A stretch of 64,000 nt of DNA from the human T2T-CHM13v2.0 reference genome, Homo sapiens. Below are positions 13,399 through 26,815 of the stretch, one piece after another. The notes under the pieces were generated by a model, which saw only the letters and a program-made list of their open reading frames with translations, did not search any database and was not told where the DNA came from. The stretch is from the NCBI RefSeq assembly GCF_009914755.1, contig NC_060939.1, one strand, 5' to 3'. How positions within the stretch are numbered: position 1 is the stretch's first letter; every line of letters begins with the position of its first letter. Both the position numbers and the translations under genes were made by a program.

Positions 13399-13997
13399 CC
13401 TGATAGCTTTTGATATGTTAACTTGATTAGGCTTAGCTACAGTCATAAGACTTCTCTTTCCAGTAGATTTCCAGTTGGAAGTGTGGACTACAAGGATATT
13501 TCTTGGCTAGAGTTGGAGACTACAAGGGAGGAAGAATATATTTTAAAGCATATATACATCTTCGACTTTTTCAGTCAGACAGTGATGTAGGTGCTACTAT
13601 GAAGGGATTTTACAGATGGAACTAAAATGTCTACTTAGCTAATCTTAAATTAATCAAAATGGAGAGTATTCATTTGAGGTGGGCCTGACTTAATCAGTTG
13701 GAAGGCTTTTAACAGAGAACTTAGGTCTTCCCTAAGGGGGAAATTTCAGACAGCCACTGGGTCTGCAGTTATTATTGTTTCCCATGGATATTTTCTTCTA
13801 GATTAGCTATGGACAACAAGCCTTATTCCATGCTGGTAAGATTTGAACTTGTTCATTATCTTCCCTTCCTGACTGCAACCTCTACAGACTTTGCATTTGA
13901 TTAACCTGCTCCCAAAATTGAATAAGCCAATTTCTCATAATAAATATAAACATAAATATAATTATATAAATAAATACACATACAGGTCCTACTGGTA
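13399..13997 (+). mobile_element. MLT2-family (ERVL) solo LTR, old (MLT2D/E/F-like)
   Basis: tgatagcttttgatatgttaacttgattaggct at the start; gtgggcctgacttaatcagttggaaggc; 3' aagccaatttctcataataaat...tcctactgg. Confidence 0.7.
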
Positions 13998-15129
13998 AAA
14001 CTCTTTTCTTGAATTCTACTTTAGCATTGTTAACCTATCTGTACCACTATATTAAAAATTTATCTATTATAAATAACATATAGTCTCCTTTTTATTTGGA
14101 GGATTAAGTCCATTTATATTAAATATAAATATTGATAGTAGATCTATATATATATATAATTTTACCATTTGTTCCATTTTTTGTTGTTCCTCTGTTTATT
14201 CTTCTTCAGTTTTGCTTATCTATCACAAGCATATTTTCCTTTGTATTCTTGAGCATGGCTTTCATAGCTACTTCAAAATCTTGTTTGCTAATTTCAACAC
14301 CCAGGTAATTTGTGTCAGTCTTTACTGTTTGTTGTCTTGAGTATAGGTCATGTTTCCTGATTTTTTATATGTATAGGAGTGTGGGATTTTGCATAATATC
14401 TTGTAGAGACTCTGGATTCTGTGATATTCCTCCAAAGATTGTTGAATATTTTATTTGTTTGTTTTAGTGGGCAGTTAACTTCTCTGAATTCAAAGTCTAA
14501 ATGTTATCGTCCCTGTGCTGGGCAACAGCTGAGATTTCTGTTCTGTTATTTTAGTCTTAGATGGGCTCCGTAGAACCTGCCTATGCATTCGCAGTTTAAA
14601 GGGTTAGCCAGAAATTTGGGCAACGTTTACACAGAGTGTTTAATTCTCCACCTCTTTGGTTCCTTCATTGTCAAGATTACTTCCTTCACTTTCCACCTAC
14701 TATGCTAGCTCTGAACCCTGTCCTCTGGGACTTCAAGTCTATAAAACTACAGCATTCTGAGTCTTAGCCAGCATGCTCTTTCTGTGATTGAAGCCATCCA
14801 CCCAGCAAACAGTGGTAAAATAAGAAATATTTAGTGTTATTTCCTTCTTTCAGAGGTCCACTTTTCTTCCATTTCTACCTATATTTGGTTGCTCTCTAGT
14901 ACCTTTAAGTAGTTTTTTTTTTAATATCTTCTTCAGACTTTAACATTATTCTCTGCAGGAGGTTAACTAAGGTATTTCACCATCGCTTGTTGATTGTTCT
15001 TAATTCTGCCCATACCTTTGTAAGTCCTTCTGTCTTTAAATATTTGATGTAATTCTTTACCTACTATCTTTAAGTGTGCCTTGAGAGATACACCAACTTT
15101 ATATTTTTGCATATGCTGTATCTTTTACT

Positions 15130-15805
15130 AAAATGCTTCTCCCCTGAAACTTACAAGACTAGTTCCATTTTATCTTTCAGTTTCCACCTAAATATCTCTT
15201 CCTTGGAGGTGACCATGCTCTTGAATAGGTTCAACTCCTCTCACACTTTACCACATGCTCACTTCTCTGCCTCAACATTTTGTTTAATTCCTTTATAACT
15301 CATCAGAATTTTTTTTTTTTTTTTTGAAACAGGATCTTGCTCTGTCACCCAGGCTGAAGTGCAGAGCACAATCCCAGCTCATTGCAACGTCCACCTCCCA
15401 GGCTCGAGTGATCCTCCCACCTCAGCCACCCTAGTAGCTAGGACTGTAGAAGCATGCCACCATGCCTGGCTAATCTTGGGGGCTTCTTTGGTGGGGGATG
15501 GGTTTGTTTGTTTGCTTTTTGTTTGCAATAAGGTTTTGCCATGTTGCCCAGGCTGGTCTTGGACTCCTAGGCTCAAGCAATCTGCCTGCAGCAGCCTCCC
15601 AAAGTACTGGGATTACAGGCACGAGGCACCATGCCCGACTGGAATTTCTTATTTATTTATCTGTTTATGTGTTTGTTATCAGTCTTATGAGCTAGATGGT
15701 GGATTTCATGAGTGCATGAATTATGTCTGTTTCATTCAACATTATATAATTGGTGAGTTTCAGAATGTTTAGCACATATAAGCCAATCAATAAGTTTTCA
15801 TTCAT
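15130..15805 (+). mobile_element. L2 3' fragment split by an AluJ
   Basis: aaatatctcttccttggagg...ttatgtctgtttcattca...ttagcacatataagccaatcaataa match the L2 3' end on both sides of the Alu. Confidence 0.55.
15309..15640 (-). mobile_element. AluJ with expanded, G/T-rich middle linker
   Basis: Antisense Alu with J diagnostics (gttgcccaggctggtcttg, ggctcaagcaatc); short TSD gaattt; linker replaced by cttgggggcttctttggtgggggatgggtttgtttg. Confidence 0.93.
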
Positions 15806-16377
15806 TTATTGCAAGGTATTGTCAGTACCTTTCATGAGAATTTTGGAAGATTTCATGCTGTTAGGTTTCATTGAATTGCTATAGTATTAACTAAAGTCAT
15901 CACTTTCAACAATGTAGAAGGTGGAAAAATATACATCGATTATCTTACTTCAAGGGACAACAGATTAATAAGGGAGATAGAATGTATCATGTAATAAAGG
16001 ATACAAAATCCTTTCAAAAATCTTCAGATCATAAAAAATGCAGCCCTGTAAAGTAAAATGTTACAGTATGGTGCCACTAAACAAAAACTCCAGCAAGTGA
16101 ATAACTTTTAAAAATAAAGGTGGATTAAAAATCTATATACACTAACCAGTTATTTTTTTCCCACTTTGCAATTTATTTTCCCATATTTAGAAAGAATAAT
16201 TCTTCCTAAGTGATTTTGAGTGTTTAGAAAAATGCTTAGAATTCCTTAGGGAATTTAGGAAGCAACTAGGATGCCTTTTGAAGCTGTTATTATACCCTCA
16301 AAAAGAGACTGAGACTGCACTTCTAATCTCAGGCCTTTGAAGAGAAGCTGCCCTTTTTAAGACCTCCCCTCTGGACT

Positions 16378-16830
16378 TTAATCATCTCCTAATAGGTCTT
16401 CTTACCTCTAGTTTTTCTTTTTCAAATTTTACTAATTATGCACTCCACTGCTTAATTCTTAAAATGTGAATATTCTTATGATATTTTCCTGTGAAAGAAT
16501 CTGTCATTGTTTCTACTGTGTCTCAGATCAATTCTGATATCCAAAAATATTCATAAGATATTTAGTCTTCAACCAACTGATAAAATCAGCTTCATCACTA
16601 CTCCATCATGTCCAAGATCAAATAAGTCAGTCATCTGCCATGCACCATGTACATTTTACACATTGCTGCCATTGTCCTTTTTAACACAGCATTCCATCAC
16701 ACTCTACCATACCCTTCCCTACTAGAATGCCCTTTTCTTTTCTTTTCTGCTTTTCTTTTCAGCTTACTGAATTCTTATAATTCTTTCCAGATCATAACTC
16801 ATAATTCATGAAGTCTTTTTTCAATTACTA
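16378..16830 (+). mobile_element. L2 fragment
   Basis: atcatctcctaataggtcttcttacctcta...ttcttaaaatgtgaat...ccctactagaatgccctt, typical of L2c 3' region. Confidence 0.5.
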
Positions 16831-17167
16831 AAAATACAATGATCTTCAAATTACTTCAGTTTCCTGTAATAATTATCAATAAATTTGTACTGAGTGTCTA
16901 TCATAAGCTGGGCCCTGGATATACAAACAGGTGGAAGATTCAGTGCCCAAACTCAGAGTTTCACGTTCATCTAACAAGATAAATAATAACGCAGAGGCAA
17001 AAAAAGGGCCTCATAGTTTACTACCCCACCATGCAATTCCTTAAAATCTGTCTTAAAATTGTTCTCAAGTATTTTTGTATTATCTGTCTTCCCAAATTAA
17101 ACTCTCAAAAGGTTAGATTTCATATCATTTTTATTTTATATATCTATCTTAAAGTTTGTTGAATTAA

Positions 17168-17420
17168 ATAACAGCTAATGCTTACTGAGTGTTTACTATG
17201 TGATGGGTGCTATTTTTAATACTATAAATATATTAACTCATTTAATCTCCAGGAAAACCCTATGAAGAAGGATATTGTTACCATTTGATAGATAGGAAGA
17301 CTGAGGCAAAGGAAGATTAAGCAACTTGCTCAGGATCACATAGCTACATTAGTGACAGAGCTACAATTTGGATGTAGGTATTCTACCTCTAGATGCTGTA
17401 CTTTTTAATGTGGTGCCTTA
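17168..17420 (-). mobile_element. MIR SINE, near full length
   Basis: cttactgagtgtttactatgtg...aactcatttaatctcc...gactgaggca...aagcaacttgctcaggatcacatagcta is the antisense MIR core. Confidence 0.85.
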
Positions 17421-17744
17421 CTGCCATGTAGACTGCATGTCTATAGCACGCGTGCATCCATCAGACCATACTGCTAAAATAAAGAAGGATCTACTATGAA
17501 AGCAGAAAATCTACCTGGGGACAACAGAGAAGCTGTCGAAACCTGAGAGAAGCAGAGCTGAACTTGAAGGTCAGGAGTTCTCCAGCCCCAGTCAGGTATT
17601 CTAAGGTTTGGAAATCATGTGGTTGCCACTTTCCTTACCACTGCTTTTCTGATAATGCTGCAGGGAGTTCTAATATGTCATGGTCATGTTCCTAGAGTCT
17701 TCCCCTCAAGGAGAAGCCTAGCAAGGAAACCCATTCCATTGACT

Positions 17745-18274
17745 ATGCCAATCAACATAGGCCATCTCCTCCTTTTTCCTTGCTAAATGAACTCCGATTC
17801 TGTTTAGGAAAGCAATGTTCTCAACTAAAAGACAATCAGGTTTCCTAGGTTTTTGAGAAACAATGGATAGCTATGAGTCATGGATCCAGCCAAAAATATA
17901 TGAACAGAAGTATGTTGGATATATATGTTGGGTATATATTATACTCTAGAAAAAGACATTGCCTTCCATTTTTGCCTACAAAAAATAGACTGATTCAGAT
18001 GGTACAGGCATTTTGGCTCTCTGCTCTTCCCTTTCTACCTGCCTGGAAATGCAGACATAGTGCACATTGGTACAGCAGCCAACCTCCAACCAAGATGCCA
18101 GATATCACACACTCAGATCAATGAAATTGGAGGGAGAAAAAAAAAAAAAAAAAACCACCTCCTTGAGTTCTCCAGTCTCCCTCTTAGGTACAAAAAATTA
18201 ACCCCTAATTTGACTAAGCTACTGTGTTTAGGATTCTGTTTACATGCAGCTTAATGCAATCCTAAATGATAACA
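17745..18274 (+). mobile_element. MLT1J/K-like ERVL-MaLR LTR
   Basis: cttccctttctacctgcctggaaatgcagac...gcagccaacct; 3' end ctgtttacatgcagcttaatgcaatcctaaatgataaca. Confidence 0.6.
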
Positions 18275-19059
18275 CTTATTATCAGGGGTTGATTCATAGG
18301 AACAAGTTCATTCAATTTTTGGGAAACTGGTGTTAATAAAACCCTCTACTATACTCAATCACTGTGTGTGGACTTTTGTATATTTTTGGAAAAAACCAAT
18401 AAAACTTCCATTTGATTTTTTTTCAAGAGGAATAAGTATTTTGTTACCATTATCATCAGGGTAAAATAAAATGGAAGACAATTAAATAGAGCCTTTCACC
18501 ATATCTGAGCCAATATTTTGAAGCTCAATACACTTTTACTTCAGGAAGGAAAGTTCACATCAGTAATAGGGTGATTCATCCTTCCTTAATCAATGAACAA
18601 TTAATCTTCATTAGTATACCCAGGTAGTTTAAATGTGCAATGTGATGCTGGATCTTAGCAAGGAAGCCTCGAATACAATGGAAGTCATTAAAATTACATT
18701 ACATTTAGCATTCTTGATGAGGCCAAGCTGGCACCAATTCCACAGTAATCATAAGCACTGAGGCTCATGGCTGAGTCATTCATAGACTATGGACAAATGT
18801 GTTCATTTAAGTATCATTACCTGCTCCCAAGGCCAAAGTATAAACTTCCTGTGACTCTAAGGGTCTAAGGATGGTTCCCTTAGTGATCCTTACACAGGTC
18901 ACATTTTTGCCTCACTCACCTTTGTTCATACTTCAGGGCCCAGAACCACTGGGTTCTGATCCCATTAACCCTAAGGTGCCTTGCTCAACCACTCCAGCTT
19001 GTAGAGATATCCCTAATAGTCCAATTATTTTCTATCTGTCACTTAGGGGCATCATTATA

Positions 19060-19250
19060 TCATTATTAGCATTATCATCACTGTTCTTATGTGTTGAATG
19101 CTTATTATATACAAGGCCGTCTCATAGGAAATGCATCTTTGCCATTTCAGCCATAAGTTGATCGTCTTATTTTCACCTTACAGATACGAAAACTCAAGTT
19201 CTCATTAAAAAGTTTGCCCAAAATCAGGCTTCTCTGCTTCCAAAATGACA
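19060..19250 (-). mobile_element. MIR fragment
   Basis: gttgaatgcttattatat...ccttacagatacgaaaactcaag...aagtttgcccaaaatca. Confidence 0.5.
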
Positions 19251-20662
19251 CATTGGTCTTTCAGTCAGTTATAAGTTACATTCTCTTTTGTTGTTTTTGC
19301 CTCTTGCTAGCATACAATGCTGTCAGCTCCCTGAGGGCAGTGATCATGCCATATGTTTCTAGATATCCTTAGACTTCAACACATAAAGGACACAGTAGGG
19401 TCTGGTAAAGCCTTGATAAGTGCAGTGGGTTTGACTCTAGTCCAATCCTACTAATTCTTGGTGCCTCATATCAACTTATTTGATACAAGAATTATCTGTA
19501 AACCCAGAAGTAATTTTTAAGACTGCATGGTTGGATTTGGTAGATAGCAAGCTCTTATAGGCTGTTTATCCTTCTAATCGTACACATAAATAGAAGAGAA
19601 GCCAGAGTAAAGCCTTGAAAAGACCAAGTTGACTCATCAAGTATATGTCTCTATCAGTCTTGTGAAATAGACCGTCTTTTTGTTAAGACTTCAATTTAAT
19701 TAGGATTCCTTCTTCCATTGAGATAACATCTTCAACTGGTTTAGTCCTTTCTTGTGCCTTCTTGCATCCTGAGAGGTGGTAATGGTTTTCATTTTACTTT
19801 CTGGTCTTAAAGCATGATAAACAGCTAGTGTCAGTTTTACTTCCCCTGACCAGGGCCTGCAGCAGTGGCAGTAGGGGAAGGTCAGGGAGCTGGCCTCCAG
19901 TCATCTGCAATGTTCCTCATCCTCACTCTCCACAGCTTCATCCCTTCTTTCCTGTGGTCTTGATCCATCCTTTTACTCTCAAAGATTGTATGATCTGTGC
20001 CTAGAATTATAAAATAATTTCACATTTTACAGATGTATTTTATTAAAGACATTTATGAAATATCAAGCCTCTCCTTAAAATGCAGTTCAATCGCTTTTTA
20101 CATGTCTTTGGTGTACCTCTGTTTTGTTTACTATGAAAAATAGCTGGAAAACAAAGTTGGTATTATAATTTTTCTCCTTAATTACAGTTATTAATGAAGA
20201 CTCTAAGGTTTTAAAAAATAAATATGATAAGGCCAATAAACCAAGACTGCAGATTTTTTAACATCAATATATTCAATATTGAATTTCAACAGAGTAACAC
20301 AAGTCCTATGATTACAGTCAATAAATGACCCATATACACATCAGCATGTCATGAATTTTTTGGAGGGCTGAGTCTCTTGATTGGGGATGCATTTGGCAGA
20401 GCCAAACACATGAAGAGTCAATGCCTGTAAATGATCCTTCAAATTTTACTTCCATTTTATCTAATGTGGTCACCTAATTCCAACTAGTTCTAAGCTTTTC
20501 CCATCTGAGTCTGTTTGCAAGAAAGAAGATTTTCATTGGGATAATCTGGGGATATTTTTATCCAGGCATTCTTTATACCAGGAGGATTTTTGTTTTCCTT
20601 TTGAATAAAAATAAACTAGCCAGTTCCATTTTTCTTATATATTAATTTTTAAAATAATTTGC

Positions 20663-20975
20663 GACTGCGCACGTGGCTCACGCCTGTAATCCCAGTACTT
20701 TGGAAGGCCAAGGTGGGCAGATCACCTGAGGTCAGGGGATTGAGACCAGCCTGGCCAACATGGTGAAACCCCGTCTTTAGTAAAAATACAAAAAATAGCC
20801 AGGCATGGTGCCACGCGCCTGTAGTGCCAGCTATTCAAGAGGCCGAGGCAGGGGAATCACTTAAACCCAGGAGGCAGAGGTTTCAGTGAGCTGAGATCGT
20901 GCCACTGCAATCCAGCCTGGGTGACAGAACGAGACTCCATCTCAAGAAAATAAAATAATAAAATAAAATAAAGTA
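20663..20975 (+). mobile_element. AluSx-like
   Basis: Full dimer with gatcacctgaggtcagg; (TAAAA)n tail; TSD aa(t/a)aatttgc. Confidence 0.95.
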
Positions 20976-21289
20976 AAAAATTTGCTAGCAAAGAATAAAA
21001 TATGGCACACCAAAGTGCATCATTTTATTAATTTATTTATTTTAAGAGAAAAGAGGCAAATACACTCTCACTGACCTGTATAAAAACAAACCACTGACAT
21101 CCGAATTCTTGCCTCTACTTATTTCTTTAATTAATCAAGTTGCCAAATACATTTTAATACACAACTCTATATTTAATACTTCTGTAATTTATAACATTTT
21201 AATATTCTGTTACATAAAATAAAAACAGACAAATTATATATTACTAATAAGCTACTTTATCTAAATAATTACTCTGTTCACTTGTATCT

Positions 21290-21650
21290 AAAACAGAGGA
21301 CACAGGTTTTTGATTTAGAAATCTTAGGTCCAAATTTTCAAGTTTTGTGTACTTACATCATTTAATCTCCCTGAGCCTCAGTTTAACTATCTGTAAAATG
21401 GGGACAGTGATATCTACACCAAAAAAATTATTCTGGATGTCCAATAAGATTAGATAACATGCTGAGAGGTGGTCCAGGTCGGTAAAGAGTATGGAACCTG
21501 AGCCGGGCAACTTGATTCACTTCTTTGTTTTTCAGTCTCTTTATCTGTACAATGAAAATGATGGTTATGGGGTCAGGTGTTAATATATGGAAAGTGTTTC
21601 AAATAATGTGAATTTCAGTAAGTCTGCTTACGTATGGGTATTATTATTAT
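21290..21650 (+). mobile_element. two adjacent MIR fragments
   Basis: ctgagcctcagtttaactatctgtaaaatgggga and tcagtctctttatctgtacaatgaaaatgatg are MIR core motifs. Confidence 0.65.
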
Positions 21651-22340
21651 TTCATGTGAAAGTACTTAGCAAACACCCTGGAACATAGTTCTACTTTCCT
21701 CTTGTCTTGTTATTAGCAAATCGGTTCCCCATTTAACTATTATCATTTGACAATGGCGGCTACAGAATTTCTTTATGAGGGTGTCTGGGGGTGGGAGAAA
21801 CCTTGTAGAAAAAAGAGTTGGTAGAAAAAAAGAAATTTGTCTTGAAACTATGTTTGCACACTCGTTTAAATATGATCAAGAAAATGTTATTTTCCAGAGG
21901 AAACTACTGAGAAAGGTAACTGCGGAAGGTAACCTACTGAACACTCTGGATCATGCAAATATTTCCAAGTAGCAGAATAGTGATCAAAATAATGAATTCT
22001 CAATCAATCAATCCAGTATTTTCCGTATTTTTTCCATTGCTTAGCACAAAACAATAATGGGAACTTAAAATACATGAACTGATTGGTGTTTGGCCCATTA
22101 AGTGATCCAGAGAAATTCGTTCTACCCAAGACATTCTACCTAAGAGACATATAAAAATGGCACCCTCTTCATTTATTATTGATGTCAAAATTAAAAGCAT
22201 TACAATTCATATAAAAAATTGTACCCCAATCTAAAATATCATGATTTACTTTTATATATGGGATTAATATGTTAGGTAACAAACTTTGATATCCTGAAAA
22301 TGAATTGGTAAAAGTCAATGACATATTTATTTTATTTATA

Positions 22341-22396
22341 ACACATACACACACACACAGCACACACAAAGCAACACCCACACACACACACACACA
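22341..22396. repeat. imperfect (CA)n microsatellite
   Basis: acacatacacacacacacagcacacacaaagcaacacccacacacacacacacaca. Confidence 0.9.
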
Positions 22397-22409
22397 TTTT
22401 CTACACAGC

Positions 22410-23065
22410 AAATGTCTATGATAAGATCAACCCACCAGCAATGAGCACCCCAATACTCAGATTTTCCCTCCCATTACCATATTCTATAAGAAGGAAAAAA
22501 TAATATTTTAAGTGGTTGCTAATTCCAGATGTGAGACAAGAAATATACAAGATTATCCCAGCACAAGCAAGAAAGCTATCAAGGATACTCAGCAACCAAC
22601 TTGAATAAACCCATTTTAATCCAAGATAGAACAACTGAGCATCAATAAAGATATATCTGCAAAGCACTGTGAAGCATTAAGTATGTTAAACCCAGGCACC
22701 TTTGATAATTCTTAGATAAAAATTAGTCAACTCTGGAAGATGCTAGGGTTCCACCTCTTCATTTAAACAATTGATAAACTAGCGGGGAAATAAACAATTG
22801 ATTCTGTCTTTCCTACATGAGCTATACCACAGAGTAACTACATATGAGATAAGGGGAAAATTCAATTTTGATGTTTTAGGATAGCAAATTAAGACGAAAT
22901 AATCAATTGAAGTAAAGTCAAAGTTTAGAGTTATATCAACAATAGTTGATGTAAGTGGATAATTGTTAAAACTGAAAGGTGGGTTCATGAGTGTTACATT
23001 ATTATGCTATTCAGTATCTTTTATATATGTTGATGTTTTCATAATATGCAATTAAAGAGAAATAA
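22410..23065 (+). mobile_element. L1MC4/5-like 3' UTR fragment
   Basis: ccaccagcaatgagcacccc, aagaaagctatcaagga, aactgagcatcaataaaga, and 3' end gggttcatgagtgttacattattatgc...tttcataat. Confidence 0.65.
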
Positions 23066-25256
23066 TAATATCCTGGTTACAAGTAGCTTGGTAGTAAGTC
23101 TTTAAGAAATGTAGCATGAATTCTCTAAACGTACTCTTTTTCAGGATTATATTGACTATTATTTTTTGTTTCCATATATATTTAGAATTAACTAAGCTAT
23201 TTCTACAACACAGATCATTTTTATATCATTGAATCTGTAGATCATTTGAGCAGAACTCACATTTTAACATGCTTGAGTCTTCCAATCCATGAACAGCTCT
23301 TCATTTATTAAGTCTTCCATGATTTTTTTAATATGGTTTATACTTTTTGGTGCTGCATTCTTGCACATACTTTGTTATACTTATCCATGAAGTTTGTCTT
23401 GTTTTTACTATTTAAATTGTATTTGAAATTTTAAATTTAATTTTTAATTTAATTTAATTTGTTTTCATCAAATATATAAAACTACAACTAATATTTATTT
23501 GTATTTTGAGTTTGTATCCTGCAAATTTGACTTATCAGATTTGTACTTGCCATGGCTAGTAATTGCCTTGTAGATTCCTTAGCGTTTTTATGTGTCATAG
23601 AAATATCATATGTGCACACTTTCACACAGTGTGCAAATACAGACGGTTTTGCTTTTCCTTTCTAATTTTTATTGCTTTGATTGCTTTATATTGCCTTATT
23701 GCAAGTGCAATATTAAATAGAAGCGGTGGATGCAGGCAATTTTGCCTTTCTCCAATCTTGGGAAAATGTTCAATATTTCACCACTAAAACTGATGTTAGC
23801 TATAGAGCATAGCTATACATAAATGCTGTTTATCAGATTGAAGGAATTTTCTTTTATGCCTAGCTTCCTAGGGGTTTTAAAAAAATGTTTGCTGTTGTTG
23901 TTGTTATTTTTTAATTGCGGAGAAGAGGACAATGTTTTTGTCAGATTTTGGTATCCAGGTTATGTTAGCCTCATAAAATGAATTGGAAAGTGTTCCTTCC
24001 TCTATCTTCTGAAAGAATTTGTGTAATGCTGGCTTTTTTCTTTACTAAATATTTCATAAATTTCAACATGAAAATTATCTGAGCCTGAGATTTTCTTTAT
24101 GGAAAAGTTGTTTTAATTATAAATTTAATTCATTTAATATATGCATTATATATTTATTTAATAAATGTAGTTCTATTTTAATTCTATATTTCCTTTTATG
24201 CCAATGTTGGTAAATTATTTTTTAAGGAATTTGTCTCTTTCATATAAATTGTTGACAGTATTGAAATAAGTTATTCATCATATTATCTTACTATCCTTTT
24301 AATATCTAGATCATATATAATGATGTTCCTTCTTTCAGTCATATTTATTTCTCTAGTGTTTTTCCTTAAACAGTCTTGCTAGAAGTTTATTAGCTTTATT
24401 AATATTTTCAAAGAATTCACATTTTGCTTTATTCATTTCTCTGTTGTTCATTTAATTTTTATTTCACTTGTTCTGCTTCTATCTTTGTTATTTCTTTCCT
24501 TCTACTTAACTTGGCATTTAATGTACTCTTTATCTAGTTTAAGAAGGCAGCTTAGGTCATTTATTTAAAATGTACTATCTTTTCTAATAAAAAACTATAA
24601 ATTTTTCTCCAAGCACTGTCTTAGCTGCATCACGTAAGTGTTTGGATGATAAATTGTAACTATTATTGCTCAAAATATCTTCTAATTTCCCTTGCAATTT
24701 ATTCTGTAACCCATTGGTTACACAGAAAATATTCTTTACTTTCCAAATACCTAAAGTATTTCTAGATTTGTTATTGCTATTGATTTCTAATTTAATTCTA
24801 GAGGACATTATCTATAAAATTTAATCTTTTAAAATGAGTTGAAACTTACTTTTATCCCATTTATATGGTGTATCTCTTTAAATAATCAATGATTATTTGA
24901 GAAGAATGTGTAATCCTGTAGTTATTAAACTAGTGTTCTATAAATTGTTAGGTCAACTTGGTTGCTAGTGTTACTGAAATCTATTGTCTCAATAATTTTT
25001 TTGTCTACTTTTTCTGCCAATTACTGAAAAAAGGTTAATACCTCCCATTATTATCGTAAATTTATCTGTTTCTTCTTTCTATTATGTAAATTTTGCCTAC
25101 ACATTTTGAGAATCTATTATTTGATGCATATGCATTTATGATTGTTGTGTCTTCCTAATTAATTGCACCCTTCCTCATTACGAAATATCCCCTCTTTTTC
25201 TCTTGTAAACCTCCTTGCCTCTGACAATCCTTATGCCTTAAAAGACTACTTAATCT

Positions 25257-25579
<323 letters not shown>

Positions 25580-26379
25580 CTACTTAATCTCATATCGACA
25601 TAGCCACACCAGCTTCCTTGTACTTACTCTTTGCATAATATATTTTCCATACATTAACTTTCAATTTCTAATGCTTTGATATTAAGATATAGCTCTCTAA
25701 ATGTGATTAAATCTTGTTTTTATCCAGTCAGAAAGTCTCTGAATTTTCATATTATTTAGTATATTTCCATTAATATAGTTACGATATGAGTGAGTTTAAA
25801 TGTACCATCTTGTTTCTTGTTTTCTATTTAGCCCATCGGATATTTGTTCCTCTTTTCTTTACTTCTTTGGTGTCAATATAATATTTTTCAGTTTGCCATT
25901 CTATTTCCTTCTTAGACTTTTCTGTATACCTCTGTGTATTACTGTTTTAGTACTACTAGTCTAGTTATCGAAATGCATAACTTATCAAAGTCCACTTTGA
26001 ACTAATATTGTATCACTTCACATAAAATACAGGAATCTTATAACATTATAAATAATATAATGTCCATATAGTCATCCCTCATCATGAGTATTCTTGTTGC
26101 TTATATTTTACTTCTAAATGTGTTTAAAATGTACAATAAAATGTTATTACTGTTGCATTAAACAGACCATAGTCTTTCAAAATTTCTAAGGGAAGTAGAA
26201 AGTTTCACACTTATCCACATATTTATCATTTCTAGTTCTTTTCATTTCTTGCTGTACCTCTGATTTTCCATTCAGTATCATTTCTAAAGAACTTTCTTTA
26301 GCATATCTTATAGTCCCAGTCTTCTGGCAAAGAATTCTCTCAGATTTTTTTTTACCCAAACTGCCTTTAATTTGCCTTC

Positions 26380-26815
26380 TTTTTTTATTTTTAATTTTTG
26401 TAAGTATATAGTAGATATATACATTTATGGGGTACATGAGATATTTTGATACAGGCATGTAATGCATAATAATCACATCAGGATAAATGGGGTATCTATC
26501 ACCTCAAGCATTTATTACTTCTTTGTGTTATAAATAATCCAATTATTATATTTTAGTTATTTTTAAATGTACAATAAATTATTCTTGACTGTAGTAATTC
26601 TGTTGTGCTATCAAATAAGGGATCTTATTCATTCTAGCTAACTAAACTTTTGTGCCCATTAACCATCATCCTCTTTCTCCTTCCCCCCAACCCCCACTAC
26701 CCTTCCCAGCCTCTGGTAACCATCATTCTACTCTCTATCTCCCTGAGTTCAATTGCTTTAATTTTTTTAGCTCCCACAAATAAGTGAGAATATGCAAGCT
26801 TTGTTTTTCTGTACC
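26380..26815 (-). mobile_element. 5'-truncated L1MA (L1MA1-3-like) 3' end nested in older L1 ORF1
   Basis: tttatggggtacatgagatattttgatacaggcatg...ctcccacaaataagtgagaa; perfect 13-bp TSD ttaatttgccttc at 26367-26379 and 26816-26828. Confidence 0.9.
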
